A model generated the notes under the pieces. It made no database searches. It saw only the letters and a list, made by a program, of their open reading frames with translations, and was not told where the DNA came from. A stretch of DNA of 64,000 nucleotides from Bugula neritina (taxonomy: Eukaryota; Animalia; Bryozoa): the NCBI GenBank assembly GCA_964035545.1, contig OZ037765.1, positions 27,403,504 through 27,467,503 of the forward strand, written 5' to 3'. This document shows, in pieces, positions 12,786-26,800 of the stretch (position 1 is the stretch's first letter; the number at the start of each line of letters is the position of its first letter). The translations under genes and the position numbers were made by a program.

Positions 12786-14661
12786 ACTTTTTAATTCATA
12801 AGTTGATAAGTAGTTTTATACTGCTTTGAAAGCTCAAAAGCTTTACTCTTTCTAATATACCAATAAATTCAATGCGTTTTGGTTCAATTGCCTGCATCAG
12901 TGTCCATGTTAGGCAGACACCTTTCTAATGGGTGAAGATATGCAGACTTTTTCATATCTTGAATTTGTAGTTTAAGTCTATAGCATTTGGGTTTGATTGT
13001 TTTATTTCATAGTCCAACAACTTATCATGCTAACAAATTTTGCTGGAACACTTTTAGGGGGGGGGGGAGGCTGCATCAACTGGATCATGATTTTACTCTA
13101 ACAGAACCCAACACAATTGTTATTGTCCTAATGTGTTTAAACATAAAACCTCAAAATTCAAAAAGTAAACCTAAATACTATATTTGGGGTATTATACAAG
13201 TTATATTGTGTTATACTGTATAATGTGTGAGAAAATAAAAATTTGTCATTCTATCCATATACATGGGTGTTTCACGAATCCAAAATACCTTACAAACAAT
13301 AGGAGATACTGACTTGGTAAAAACCACATGTTTTTGAAAACAATACACAATAAGCTTTTCAGTGCATAATACAATATGATATAACATATTATAGCTCTTA
13401 TAGTTTGTGCTCATGATTTATGCATCTATTCCCCAAACCTCAGAATGGTATTTTAGTCTCTAAATGGCTTAGTATAGAGCATTTCACTTTTTAAAATCTC
13501 AAGATGTTTCAATTTTAAATGAATTCACAATTTGGGGAAAGTAGTAGAAAAAAAAATTATCTAACTCACTTAATTACACTATGCAGGTTTTGCCTAGCCA
13601 GAATGTAATGCAAATATATAAATTAGCTGATATTATATTTCCACAGATATTTGACTGATTGTTATAGGTTTTATAGAAGCACTTGTGATATGGCCGTCTT
13701 ACTACATTGCTATTTTATAGCTTTTTATTACCAATGCTCAAGTGCTTTGTTAGGTTGTCACTTTATGGCTGCTTTATTTCATGGGTAGACAACTTCTTGG
13801 ATAATATAAGTTGGGTCTATAAGACCCACTAATAATATTATTATGTTCTAATTCAAAAGAAATAGCAATTTTACTGACTTTTTATTGATTTGTTTTTATA
13901 TCTTTTAACAAATCAAATAAACAAATGTTGTGCCAACTAAGTCTATTCATATAACTTTTAACAGCAAACACCATCAGTTTTTGATTGCACTTTTACAACT
14001 GTGGAAACATTAATGCTACTATACAATTTCACTTATGTCACTGCATGCATTATGATTATAATGTAAATATTTTTATTTGGTTATATCTGTACAAATATTA
14101 TTTTTTTAATTTGCTGAACCCCCACCCCCATTTAATTAACTCACATAATAGTGGTTCTTATATATAAAACTACTTTGTCTTGATACAAATACATCTCAAC
14201 AGATATAGGTGTACATAGTTAGTTATGTTTATATTAAACTATTTTTACACTCCAATAGGGGAGTAACATATGAAATAGCGTAATATGTTCGTTTTACTTC
14301 ACTTGCTGTGGATCTGCCATTCATTTCATAGTAAGAAGAGGAGAAGAAGGCATCTCTATTCCACTTTAGCTGTAATCAACTTTACTTTTAGCTGACTATA
14401 TACTTACTGATCCAGTATAATGGCCAATAGCTGGTGTTCCTGTGTGCACAATTTTATGCATACATCTACAATCACTACTTTTTAGTTGAAAGTTTGTCCA
14501 ACAGCAAAGTATAGCATACTAGTAATCCAGCTATAATTATAGCTTGTAAGTTCCAAATTTCAAATAATCTTAGAAAAATTAAATTCAAATATACAACATC
14601 TGACTTTAGTATTCTATAAAAAAATATTAGTTTGTGGTAATTGAGCTGAGCAAAACAAAAT

Positions 14662-14760
14662 TATATATATATATATATATATACCGTATATATTATATAT
14701 ATATATATACCGTATATATTATATATATATATATATATATACCGTATATATTATATATAT
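14662..14760. repeat. (TA)n microsatellite with three regularly spaced CCG interruptions
   Basis: (ta)n-ccg-tatatatta-(ta)n unit repeated 3 times. Confidence 0.9.
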
Positions 14761-14949
14761 AATAGTAGTAGGTAAAAGACTGTTCCCTATAGAGTAAAAA
14801 TACCAAAAATAACCTAACAAAATGAAATTTCAGTTTTAAGCTTCAAGCTATTTAAGCTATGATATTGAAAACTGCTAAAGACAATTCAATTATTACTCCA
14901 ATCATTTCTCTGAGCAATAATTGCAAATTTATATCCTATCATTAATTGG

Positions 14950-15450
14950 ATTCAACATAACTTTAGCATTGAGAGTGCTCAATATGATATTAATGACAAT
15001 TGAGAGAAGTAATGTAGCTGTAATATATGATTTATTGCTGTTTCTGACATATTGCTGTTGATTCTACTTGCAGAGCTGGTATTCTATTGCACCTTTAATA
15101 CCTGTGAACTAACTTTTGTGAACTACATACATAGTACAAATCTAAGAAATCTGACAGTGTAACTAAGAATTATGCATAATATGCATAAAATATAACAGAA
15201 AGTTGGTAATTTTAGCTATATATGTTTGATACATGACACAATTTGAATAGTTACACTATTCTTTTAATTATTCCTTCATGAACATTTTAGAAAGTTGCTT
15301 TTAGCATTCTCATGGAACATGAAGAAAATACTGAAGAGTGTAGGTGCAAGAACATATAGCCCTGCTTGATAGCTTTTTAGCTCCTTCGTAATGTTGATAA
15401 CTGTTTTAGTACAGTTAAACTTATTCTGAATTTCACAGAGGTGCTTCCTT
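14950..15450 (+). mobile_element. Possible highly decayed 3' end of a CR1/L2-type LINE ORF2
   Basis: Fragmentary motifs STNLRNL, LRIM, HSHGT*, GARTYS appear in the order expected for CR1/L2 C-termini. Weak. Confidence 0.3.
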
Positions 15451-15526
15451 CAAATGTAATGTTGTTATATAACTTTCTATCTAAATCTAGAAAAAGCAGC
15501 TCCAGACCCTTACCAGCACTGAGCTG

Positions 15527-15639
<113 letters not shown>

Positions 15640-15699
15640 AGTTCAATGCTTACCAGTGCGAAGTTTTATTACAAGAGATAATAACTCTTAATTTATTCA

Positions 15700-15838
15700 A
15701 TATGTAGTACCTCTCTATCGGCATATACAAGATCGGCATATCTCATTTTACTACTGTGCAGTATATCTTATAAACACGAATGATATCGGAGGCTACTTCA
15801 CTGGAAGGCAAATAAATCAAATTATCTATTATCTGTAC
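15700..15838 (+). promoter_or_regulatory. Candidate non-coding first exon/promoter of the tetraspanin
   Basis: CpG-containing segment ending at donor AC|gtaagt (15839), followed by a TAG/TAT low-complexity tract. Confidence 0.45.
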
Positions 15839-15889
15839 GTAAGTTGAGTGACCTGAACCTCATTTCGGTTTCCCAGTCTTGATTAGATA

Positions 15890-16620
15890 ATAGGCTCATT
15901 ACTCATTAGTCATAATGATTATGATTATTATTTCTCGTTTTGAATTTTACTTTCATCATAACCATAGTCATTCCGTCATTCGACAATAATCATTATTATA
16001 ATTATTTTAACCACTACGGCTACCGATCAGTACGACTCAGTATGAGTATGACTATCGCTATCACTATGAGTAACAGACACCCACACAGTATCATTATGAT
16101 TATCATTATGATAAAGTGATTATCATTAGGATTATCATTATCATTAAGAGTAATAACTGTTTTTTCTGTAGTATTTACTTTTAGTTTGATATATTTATAG
16201 TTGAATTGAAATTATAATAATCAAATTTAATACTATTAGTATTACTATTAGTGTATTACTATTAGACTTAGTATTACTATTAGTATTAGTCGAGTATTAA
16301 TAATAATTTAATTTTATTAATTGTTGATATAAATTAAATTAAAATAAAAATATGCATTAAATTTAATGATTATTGTTTGTTATATATTCGTATTGATATT
16401 CAATTTTATGTTTATACTTAATTTTATTTTTCAATTCGTAGTTTGTCTTTGAGTGTGAATACATATTAGACATTAGTCTTTAAGTTTATTTATTACTATT
16501 ACAATTAGTATTACTATTAGTATTACTATTGCTATTAGTACTGTAGTACTATACATTACTTACTAATAGTAATAATATGAGCGGCAGGCATGATCATACT
16601 CATGGCCATTTTTACTGTAA
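15890..16620. repeat. TAG/TAT/TAA-rich low-complexity tract
   Basis: tattactattagtattactatt and tatcattatgattatcattatg runs. Confidence 0.75.
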
Positions 16621-19451
16621 CTGCTATTCATACTTGATTGTGATATTGATAGGCTGATATTCATATTGTACATGTAATGCTGTCAAACCAACAGTAAATA
16701 TGGTGTACTCTATACCGCTAAGCAAATTGATTTTGTCAGGATTTAGCTTCTACTTAATGTAAATCATTTTTACCTACAATACCTGTAATAGTTGTTAGAA
16801 TATACACTGAATATACAATAAAATTTTTAATTCCAATATTTGTATTGGTTCAGAATAAAATTAACTTTTTACTTTAGAACAAGTAAAAAGCTAGCCAAGC
16901 TTCATTATGTTTACAATAAAATGCAATCATTAACATATGAATTATATATTAACCTGGTTCTAGTTTTCAATTCATGGTAACTTTGACATATTCTGAGGGT
17001 CAACTTCATGACTGTTGACTTACATAAACTTCATTGAATGAGCTGGTTTGCTAAAATTATTGATCTAACTTATTCAAGTAATTAACTTGATTTCAAGTTT
17101 TAAAATTCAACCATATAAGTTTCTAAACTTTCTTAATCTTTTTATCATTTATAGCAAACTTTTAGACTTTTATCATCTGCAAATTGCATTTTAAATGGTT
17201 TAGTAGCTAATGGTGGTATAAATTAGCCATTTAATTCTGTGTTTATTAATTTCAACCATCAATATATATTTAATGTAGTTAAAACCAAACTTACCTATTT
17301 AATTGTTTAGCTAAGCATGTAAATACTTCCCCATCTATTTCTATTATAAGTATTGGCTTGTCTTGAAAACTAACATTTGTGGTCAGCCCTGATTAATTAA
17401 AATTGATTAGGTTCACTGTTTGACTTGCTTGGTTTATGACTTGAATTTTTCAGTAATATCACATGATTTTTATCACCATGATTTCTTATTATCTCGGCTA
17501 AATTCTTTGTTATATTAACATTACAAAGTAGTTTTATAATCATATTTTACTGTTACATTCATTCTTTCTTTTTACAATTTACATAATAGGTGCAATAAAT
17601 AGTTGCATAGTTCGAATGAATGTGATCATTTTTTATTTATGTCATTTACTACTGTTAATATTACTTTAGTATATTTTATGTAGCAATAAATATGATAATA
17701 ATTTACTATGTCATGTATAACAGCTGACAGTTGCTATGGTATGTTACATGTGGACATGTATCAAGTTACATATAAAATAGTATAATGGAAATTGTGCTTC
17801 TATCAGTTGACTGTTTGCTCATGACAAAGGCATTGTAATTGTAATATAATTATGTTTCAAAGATGTTGAGTTATTTCTCACATATCTTATCATACTGCTA
17901 AGTACTTAACCTACCATAAAAATTTGTCTATCTTGTGATTTACATCTAATTCTGTTAGCTTTTTCACTATGAGCATAACTTCATTAAACTAGCACTAGTC
18001 AATTCTATAATTGTTTTTTGGGAAAAACCAAGCGTGTGAACCATGATTTTGTCTGCCTTCACTGTGGTAATAAAATATTTTCTATTAATAGTAGCATTGT
18101 TAGTAATTCCTTCAATCTCTGAATTGTCTTTTAATCTTAAGCCATTGCCTTTAGTTTATGGAAATCCTTTACATGAAAGTATTTGTACCAATCAGTTAGT
18201 CCTATGCATACCATATTTTTAAGTCACATTACGTTCAAATTTTATATTTGATAAAAATAGCACTAATTTATTGTTACTGCTATTATATGGGCTTGCACAT
18301 CTGTATTGTCTAGCACAATCTATGAGAATACTAAACATACTTCCTACAAACAATAGAGCAGCCAATCTACATGTTGGTACCTTGTATTGCATTTGGAAAC
18401 TGCTGAGGAAGTACGTAACAAATTGTCTCTCTTCTCTGTAAAATCTGACAAGTGCCTACAAGCTATTTGATATAATCTTTCTGTTTTATTGTTCTTATCT
18501 TAGTTGATGCACTATAACACTATTTATACTACAACTAAGTGTGTTGAAGTGTTTTTCACCTTAAACAATTTAGCTGAAAGCTACTATTAACTCCGTTTCA
18601 TCATAAATATTTGATGGTTATAATACAAATTTGTCTTTAGTTATTTATCCAGGTTTATCCATTGGTCCTTTTTTCTTTGGTTATCCAAGTTGGTGCAGTT
18701 GATGTATTAACAATTTTATAAAATATTAAAGAGAGTCGAAGGTGGGGGGAGTGGGGAGACATAGACAGTCAAGAAGGAGTGATTTCTTCAAACTATGACT
18801 CTTGCTGTAAACCCTAAAGCACACGATTTAATTTTTAAAAATCTCTGAGATTTCAAAGGCAACAAATCTGAGGAAACACTTCAATACAAAGTCTCTACTC
18901 TCACTCATCACCCTGGCTTTTAGTATCCTGATTCTAGTCACATGATTGTGCGCCAACTATTACCAGTAATGTGGAAATGTTTGTGATGATTAGTCACCAA
19001 AGGTTCTCATTCACCTCATACACCCTATGGATAGCCTCATAACTTTGTGAAATGTTTTCTATTGAAATATGGTTTCATCTCATTTATAACTATTAAATAT
19101 CTTCCTAGTCTGTATGTATACATAGTACAATGAAGTCTGATCAGTGTTAAACTTGCATTCATTGCTAAAACAATAGCTACCAAAGTAACTCAGTGTAATG
19201 TATATCAGTTAACAAACATAATTTTATACTCCTAATTTTAGGCTTTCTTCGGTCACAATTTCTTTATTAGCTCTTGTATTTTATTTATATTGAGAATCAT
19301 TTTAATAAATAGTAATCTCTTTACCTCTTGCTCTGAACATGAATTCTTATATTTGCTAGTTCTCAGGTTATACTTCTAATGCAATTAATTGTTTTAGCTT
19401 TCAGCAGTATCTCTTCCATTTACACTCTAAGCTTGATGCTTTTATCTCACG

Positions 19452-22400
19452 ATGGCCAGGGAGCAAGGCAGGAGAAAAGTTAAAGACCAAACTGAAGTCA
19501 GCTGCTGTATAAAATATCTGCTCTTTTCATTCAATGTGTTCTTCTGGGTAAGTGGTTACAGACATCATGTATTCTGTAAGGATAATATATCTATGAGCTT
19601 GTTTCATCACTTTATAATGACTCATTTAGTGCGCACATATATTCATATCCAATAACTACTACGCCCTTGTGCAAATGGCTTGATTGTAGTTAGATGATAA
19701 CCATAATTATAGCACGCTGTAGCTTTGTATAACCAACTACTTATGGTTTATGGATAACATATTTGTTTTAATTAATGATACTAATGAATCTATACATTAA
19801 TATTTTGGGGTATAATTACCAAATATAAAATGCACTTTATAATGAATTCCAGAAAAGAAGTTAAGACACTGGCTTTTAAAATCTTAGGCTCAACAATCTC
19901 AATCACATCAATTTGCCAATTAGATATTTATTTTATGCTATATAGTAGTCTGTAGAAGATTTTGTTGGTTTTAACATGATCGGTCTATTTGAGGAGATTT
20001 TAATTAAAATCTAAAGCTCAAGAATTAAAAGAAGTAATTATAAGTGATATTTAATTTGCTGGCTGTGTGAGACATTGTACTTTCACTTACTGTGAACCTA
20101 ATCAAACAAGCCTTAATTTCTTCGGAAGGTGTAGTTTGTTTACATAGTTGGTGACAATATCCTGTGTGTGAATAAATAAGATATTGTGAAAAATAATGTA
20201 GTGCGATATCAATATTTTTTGCTAATTATGCAATAAATTTTGCTTGACAGTTTTCGAATAAAAATGGATTAAAAGAACTCAAAACAGCATGAATTTGAAC
20301 TACAAAGAACTTGGCTAAGGCATAAATTGCTACAGACATGCTAGCAAGTATTCGTTTATTTTGAAGCTTGTTGGCCTTGGCCTCTTGGCTATTGGTGTGT
20401 GGGCATGGTATGAGAAGCAGATGTTTAAGAATATTGGACAACTGACTACATTCTTTGTGGATCCTGGTCTGATATTCATCATTGTTGGGACAGTAATATT
20501 CATCATTGGCTTTGCTGGCAGTGTGGGCGCTCTAAGGGAAAACACTTGCCTGCTCATGTTTGTATGTGTTTTCATTGTTTTTGATCAATCATAAACTGCC
20601 AATACATGCATTTTAGTGCATGTTATGTGAATACTTTGAGTCTAAACTGTTTTATACTCTTCTTGCAATATCCTACCAGCAATTTTACTAAATCTTCCGT
20701 AATATTGAAATATTGAAATATTTAGTACATAGCCAAACAATCTGGTTTATGTTCAGGCAGTAATTAAAAATAGGCACTTTGTCGTAGCGAAATGATACTC
20801 AGCACTCATAATGAGAAAGCTCTAAATGTTTTTTTTTCCTTTTTATAATTCTTGTCAGTTTATATTTGTTATTCCATATACAATTCTTATGACCAAAAGC
20901 TATTCTTGAGAAAGAAAATTGTGCAAATAACCTTCTATCTCAAATTTGATTTTTGTATTTGTAGTTCATTGCCTGCCTTGTAGTCATACTTCTAGCCCAG
21001 GTTACCATTGCAGTACTACTATTTGTCTACAAAGATTTTGTAAGTTTATTTCATCTCATTCCCTTGCAACACACTGATTCATGTTTTTTTTTTCAAAAAA
21101 GTGGTCAAGATAACTCTTCTATAGTGCATATCATGAGTAGGTTATCAGTTTGATAATTTCTGATTATTAGTGAGACCTCCTTCTGTTATCTCCGTTTTAC
21201 GTACATCCATATACATACTTTCTCACATTTAGAACTAAGTTTGACAAATTTAGATAGATAACATATAAAAATATGATCGCATTTTGATAACTTGGAAATT
21301 TCACCACACAATTGATAAATTAAAACAGTACTGCCTAATATGACTAATTATTTATTGATTTTCATTAGAGTTTCTTTTATTTCTACTATTTTGTTGCAAA
21401 GGTTGAACAGAAAGTTGTTACAGCATTAAAGTCGTATATCGGCAGATATAGAGATGACGATGACTTGCAGAATCTCATAGACTGGGTACAAGACACGTGG
21501 GTAAGTGTTTATACTAATTAATATATAACATACATGGCTTTTATATTACACATGAGCGTGGGTTCCTGCTTTGTCTATGTAGATATCAGACAAAATATGT
21601 ACTTTTGATAATGTTGGCTGTCCTTTGCATGTTTTAGTTACATTGCTGTGCAGTTACATCACCTGATGACTGGGATATAAATGTTTATTTCAACTGCACA
21701 TCTTCTCCCAGCAGAGAGCAATGTGGTGTTCCATTTTCATGTTGCATACCAGATGTAAGTTGAAAGCAATCTTGTTATTTTGCATTACTTTAATAGTAGA
21801 GGTGATATACAGTATGTGATATTATTGTAAGTTAGTAGTATTTCTCAATTTATTTAAAATTACATAAATTTAAAAAAATACTGCTCAAATTGATGTACCA
21901 TTGTTTAATTTCCGGTGTCAATAATCTTCCAATTTTATTTTAGTCGGCTGCCATTATCAATTTACAGTGTGGCTATGATGTTCGACTTCCTGAAAGAGTA
22001 AGTCAGTTTTACAATGACTAAAGAAATTGCAATTATAATAACAGCTGATATTTAATAATGAATAGTTTATTTTCTTTGGTATTAAATATGGAGCTGTATA
22101 ATTATCTTGATTTGAATTATTATTTATTAATGACGATACTATTACAGAGAAGCAGCTGGGCTGAATACATATATGTAGATGGCTGCATTGATGCTTTTAA
22201 CAAATGGGTGAATGCCAACATGATTCCAGTGGCAGCAACAGCTGTTGGTATAGCTGTAATTGAAGTAAGTAGACTATTGACAATGTATACCAGACTGGCA
22301 TTTGTGTATGTTTGTAAAAAAAGTGTTTCTTTACTTTACTGCAGTGTGCATTCAATTTTATGAACTAAAAGGTGGCAACATGTACCACATCCCATTGAAG

Positions 22401-22807
22401 TGATTAGCAGCATGTACGAGAATAATGTATTTCTTAGATCATTGGAGTGATTCTGGCATATCGGTTGAAAATTCAAATTCATCGTGATGATATTATGAGA
22501 GCTAGATACCGAAAACTTGCACGATAGTTTGCACAATTGTCCTCACCATGGTACAGTTTTTGGAGTGTGCTGTGATTTTTATCCCCGAATTTTCAAGTTT
22601 GATTGCTATTGCTTGGGCTTTTAGAAAAAAGGGATTTCCTTTCCAACAGTTTGACAAATAGTGGTTCGATAGTTGTTTATGGGTAAAATAATTCAATCAC
22701 CCAGCATTGAATATTTTATTTTGTTTCAGATAATTGGCGTATGTTTTGCTCATCAACTTCGCCAAGATATATTTGCTCAAAAAGCTAAATGGAGAAGAAG
22801 ACGATGA
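19452..22807 (+). CDS. TspanC8-subfamily tetraspanin (TSPAN5/14/17/33-like), 276 aa; exons 19452-19547, 20367-20561, 20965-21039, 21402-21500, 21638-21754, 21944-21997, 22148-22264, 22730-22807
   Basis: EVSCCIKYLLFSFNVFFW, GALRENTCLL, YRDDDDLQNLIDWVQ, DWDINVYFNC, CGVPFSCC, QCGYDVR, DGC. Eight Cys in the large loop and four TM segments. All introns are GT-AG phase 0. Confidence 0.95.
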
Positions 22808-23023
22808 ATAAGTACTACATTTATACCCTTCAGTGTGCCATGGATTTTCTGTGGATCTCACTGTGAACCATTACAAGAAAAGGTTGCATCTTTTGTTGAC
22901 AATCTTGTCTTATATTTATTTTTATAAATTTAATATTTTGTAATTTTTAAAACATTTTTATAACACCCATTACAATATCTGGTATTTCAAATTCATTCAA
23001 TATTACAGCTTTGTTATAAAAGG

Positions 23024-23840
23024 TTACAAATTCATTACTCTCTGCACATTTTCAGCATAATGTTGACTCTTGAATCTGATCCATTTCAAGTGATCTGTCA
23101 ATTTCATCTGCAGCTGTTCTTCAGTAGGGTAAGGAAACTCCTAAAATATGACAGTGTAACTAATATAAGGCTTCAAACAGAAGAAGACTGAATAGCTGAA
23201 CTATTTACATAGTATCGAAATAACAATTTAGTTAGAAGTTAGAAAAAGCCCATTATCAAGTTCCAGAGCGACCAGTGGTAGAAATAATTACATTATTTTA
23301 TTGGCAAGTAAATGTTTGGCAACCATGTTTAGTCAGGTTAGGTACACAGCTCATGTTCGTCATGCGTAAGCTCAATTACAGTCAAGTTTATAATACAACT
23401 AAATTACCTTCTCTTTTAATTGGGTCAGCATTTTCTCACTGCAATGCTTGAAGAAAAACTGTTTGGACAACAACAAACAATCTGCACCATTACTGACCAA
23501 TGACACGCTTGGCTGATTTTCAAACACAGTGGAAGATAGGCCCTAAAAAGCAACAAATATCTTCAACAGATGAGAATAAGACATGTCTCTTCGTAGGATT
23601 TTATGTTAATTGAAACATAGCACTTTCATATTTGTTTATGTTATTTAATCTGTTGTATTAATTAAGTTAGATGAACTCACAAAGTATTGGCCTTTTTCCA
23701 GTACTGCAATTTTTATGTAAGTAGGGTAGCCATTACGCTCTGTTTCTTCATCTGTAATATGATTGAAAGAACTATCGTCAGCATCAGGAGATGGAGCGTC
23801 TAGTTTCCGTCTCTCTACCAGTGGAGGAAGCTGTTCCTTT

Positions 23841-23884
<44 letters not shown>

Positions 23885-26800
23885 ATATATATTTATTACA
23901 TTACTATTACAAGATATGAGAATTAAACTGAGAATACAGCAATTTCGTAACTAACCTTCACATCAGTAGTACTTTTCTTGGAGTTGTCTTCTGATGAACA
24001 ATGAGTAGAGTTTAATGTTGCACCAGAGGCTTGATTTATCTAAAAAATTATGCCATGAATAATTAGTCAAAATGCTACCATGCAAAAGCATTTAAAAAGG
24101 TAATTCGTTTTTACCACACAATCAAGACTAAGCAAATGAATCTCACCTTGCAAATAATAGTAGTTGGCAAACCTGTAACAGAACCACCTTGTGTATGCAC
24201 GTTTGATTTGGCAAGCTTGTTTGCTTTGAAGTTATACTTAGATGACTTGCCGAAGGACTGGTTTGCAGCAAATTCTAGGAAGCGGTTCAATTCCCCTGTG
24301 ATTAAATGATAGGTTGTTAGCTTTTACTTATTATTCACCAGGGTTGGGGTAATTGTAATTGGTTGTAATTAATTACATTTTTTCAAGTAATTGAATGTAA
24401 TTTGTAATTGATATATAAAAATGTAATTGTAATTAATTCCATTAGCAATGTAATTGAATTTTACAATTACTTTATAATTACATAACAATTACTTCAAATT
24501 TTTAAATATTAATAAAATTCCTATCTTTCCAGTCTGCCTACTGTTCAATAAAAAGTATAGATTAATTTCATGTCATATTTATCACCCTATTGGTTACTGT
24601 TGAAAACAAAGGTTTTCCGTTGTCAAAACTGCCCTTGATAGTTGGACCCCAAAAGGGAGATTATATAACTTTTATTGGTATCTTGTGAGAACAAAAGTAA
24701 TTGTAATTAATTACATTGCCATGTAATTGTAATTAATTACATTTATTATAACTGTAATTATAATTGTAATTGACAAATTCTCGTGTAATTTTAATTGTAA
24801 TTAATTACATTCATATGTAATTGACCCCAACCCTGTTATTCACATTATTTTACAGTTCAGTGATCAACCAGATTTAGCTCACCTTCTTTATATTTTTGAA
24901 GAGAATTAAATGACTTGTTGTCTTTCAGTTTCTTTATAACCATCAAGCTTCCCTACAAAAGGCTACAGATTGTAAATTCAGAACCTTAGAATATAGCGGG
25001 CAAGTATTTCAGTATAGTGAGCATCCAGGTGCACTTGTATGTATAGTAACTTCTGAGTAGTTTCAACTTGCAACAATATTATCCCAACAAAATGGTAGAG
25101 TACCTAAGAACCTTAGTAGCCATGTCATCAAACCATAAACAGTGGTTTTCTTATGTAGATAAAGCTAATACTAGTCCATTATGGTGCATAAAATTACTCA
25201 GATTCCTAACTACTAATTAAATATAACGCATCTCAACAGGGTGTCAGCTGGTGGTGTAAAGCTCCAACACTGGGCATATATATTGCAAACTTACAGATTT
25301 AACAATGTATATCCACTGAGCTACATTACTGTTGGCCACTAGAACCTTTCCTTTTCTGCAAAACAAAAATTGAATTAAAAAGTGCAATTGGTTTCGAAGC
25401 CACTTACAAGAGGGACTGTGCATTGCTCTGAGGATGTAGGATACAATTACAGACTACTAATATTTGATTGTTTTAACCAAACGAGAACCTATTAATTTAC
25501 ACTTTATATATGGAGAGCTTAATGAATTGGAGTAGATTAATTAAAAGTGCTTTCAGCATGGAAATATGACCTAAATGCTTTCTAAGGCTACTATCATTAC
25601 TGCAGAAACTTGGCTAGTTAAGCTTATATTTAGTCTGCCCAGTTAGTTCTTGGTGTTAGGAGATTAAAAATATGGTTGTAATGTTGGTGATGAAATACAA
25701 TAACACATACATCTATGCCATAAGGATATTCTCCTAGAAAATGTACTCTATTACCTAAAGTGATGAAACATGATGGCTTGAGAGTTAGTCTGTAGCAGCT
25801 CCATTGGGAAGTTATTTAAAAAATAGAGAGTGCTAAGGAAGTTAATGATGTGAGGGTCTCTGATTGGAGCATCCCAGCCACAAATGTAGATGGAAGCCAG
25901 ATCAGAAGCATCCAAACAGAGCAATTCCGTGGTAGATCTACTTATCACTGTAGCAGATCTGTAAGCCTTTTTGAATACAGCTTGCTCCTACCAATAGAGC
26001 AATTTTACATTCACAGAGGCTTCATTAAGCTCAACGAATATTATTACTGTGATTATTCATATATTTTAATTTCTTTTTTAATTACAAGTTCACACTTTTT
26101 TCTAACCAATATTAAATTTACAAAGTTCAAATTTATATTAAAGCTGCAAAGTAAAGTCTATCCTTGGCTACATTAGGTGCCACCAGCTATGCTATCAATC
26201 CTATATTATACTACATACTCCAAACTCCATGCCTCTTTGCAGCATGCATTTGGTTTGAGAAGACCTCATAACTTCATTCCATTCTGTTATTACCACAGTA
26301 CCAGAGAGTATAAAGTAGAAATTGTATGCTCTTTGCCCTTCACGTATTATGACTCTGTTTGGTTCAACTCTGTATAAAACAATTTAGTTGGTCTCAGTAG
26401 CAGCTGAGCATACAATTTAGCATTTATGAGGCATCTAGAGATTGTTGCTTTCAGGAAGGTTAAAACCGCAATGCCATCAAACCAACTTGCAGCATAGACT
26501 ATGTCATGGTTGAGTAGAAAGAGCATTGAAAATGGGTTTTATTCGAGGGTGGAGGGGCCGAGACATATTGACAAAACTATAGATGGTGAGCATGTGGCAA
26601 ATATTATCACTACCTTTGGTACCAGCCAAGTTTACACATTTCTCTCTGCATTGGAGTTGGATACTCGGAAAATGAGGATATTTCACGGAGAGCTGTTACA
26701 ACTACTTGCAAGTCCTTCTCTGTTTTCAAGTTTACAGGAAGAGATAAAATCCGCCTGACTTCCCGGTGTACACTGACCTAAATGCATTTGATAAGTACTT

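Noticed and set aside
26501-26758. Plus-strand 85-aa ORF (likewise 2575-2979, 29503-30086, 61918-62752)
   Set aside because: Antisense shadows of real minus-strand exons.
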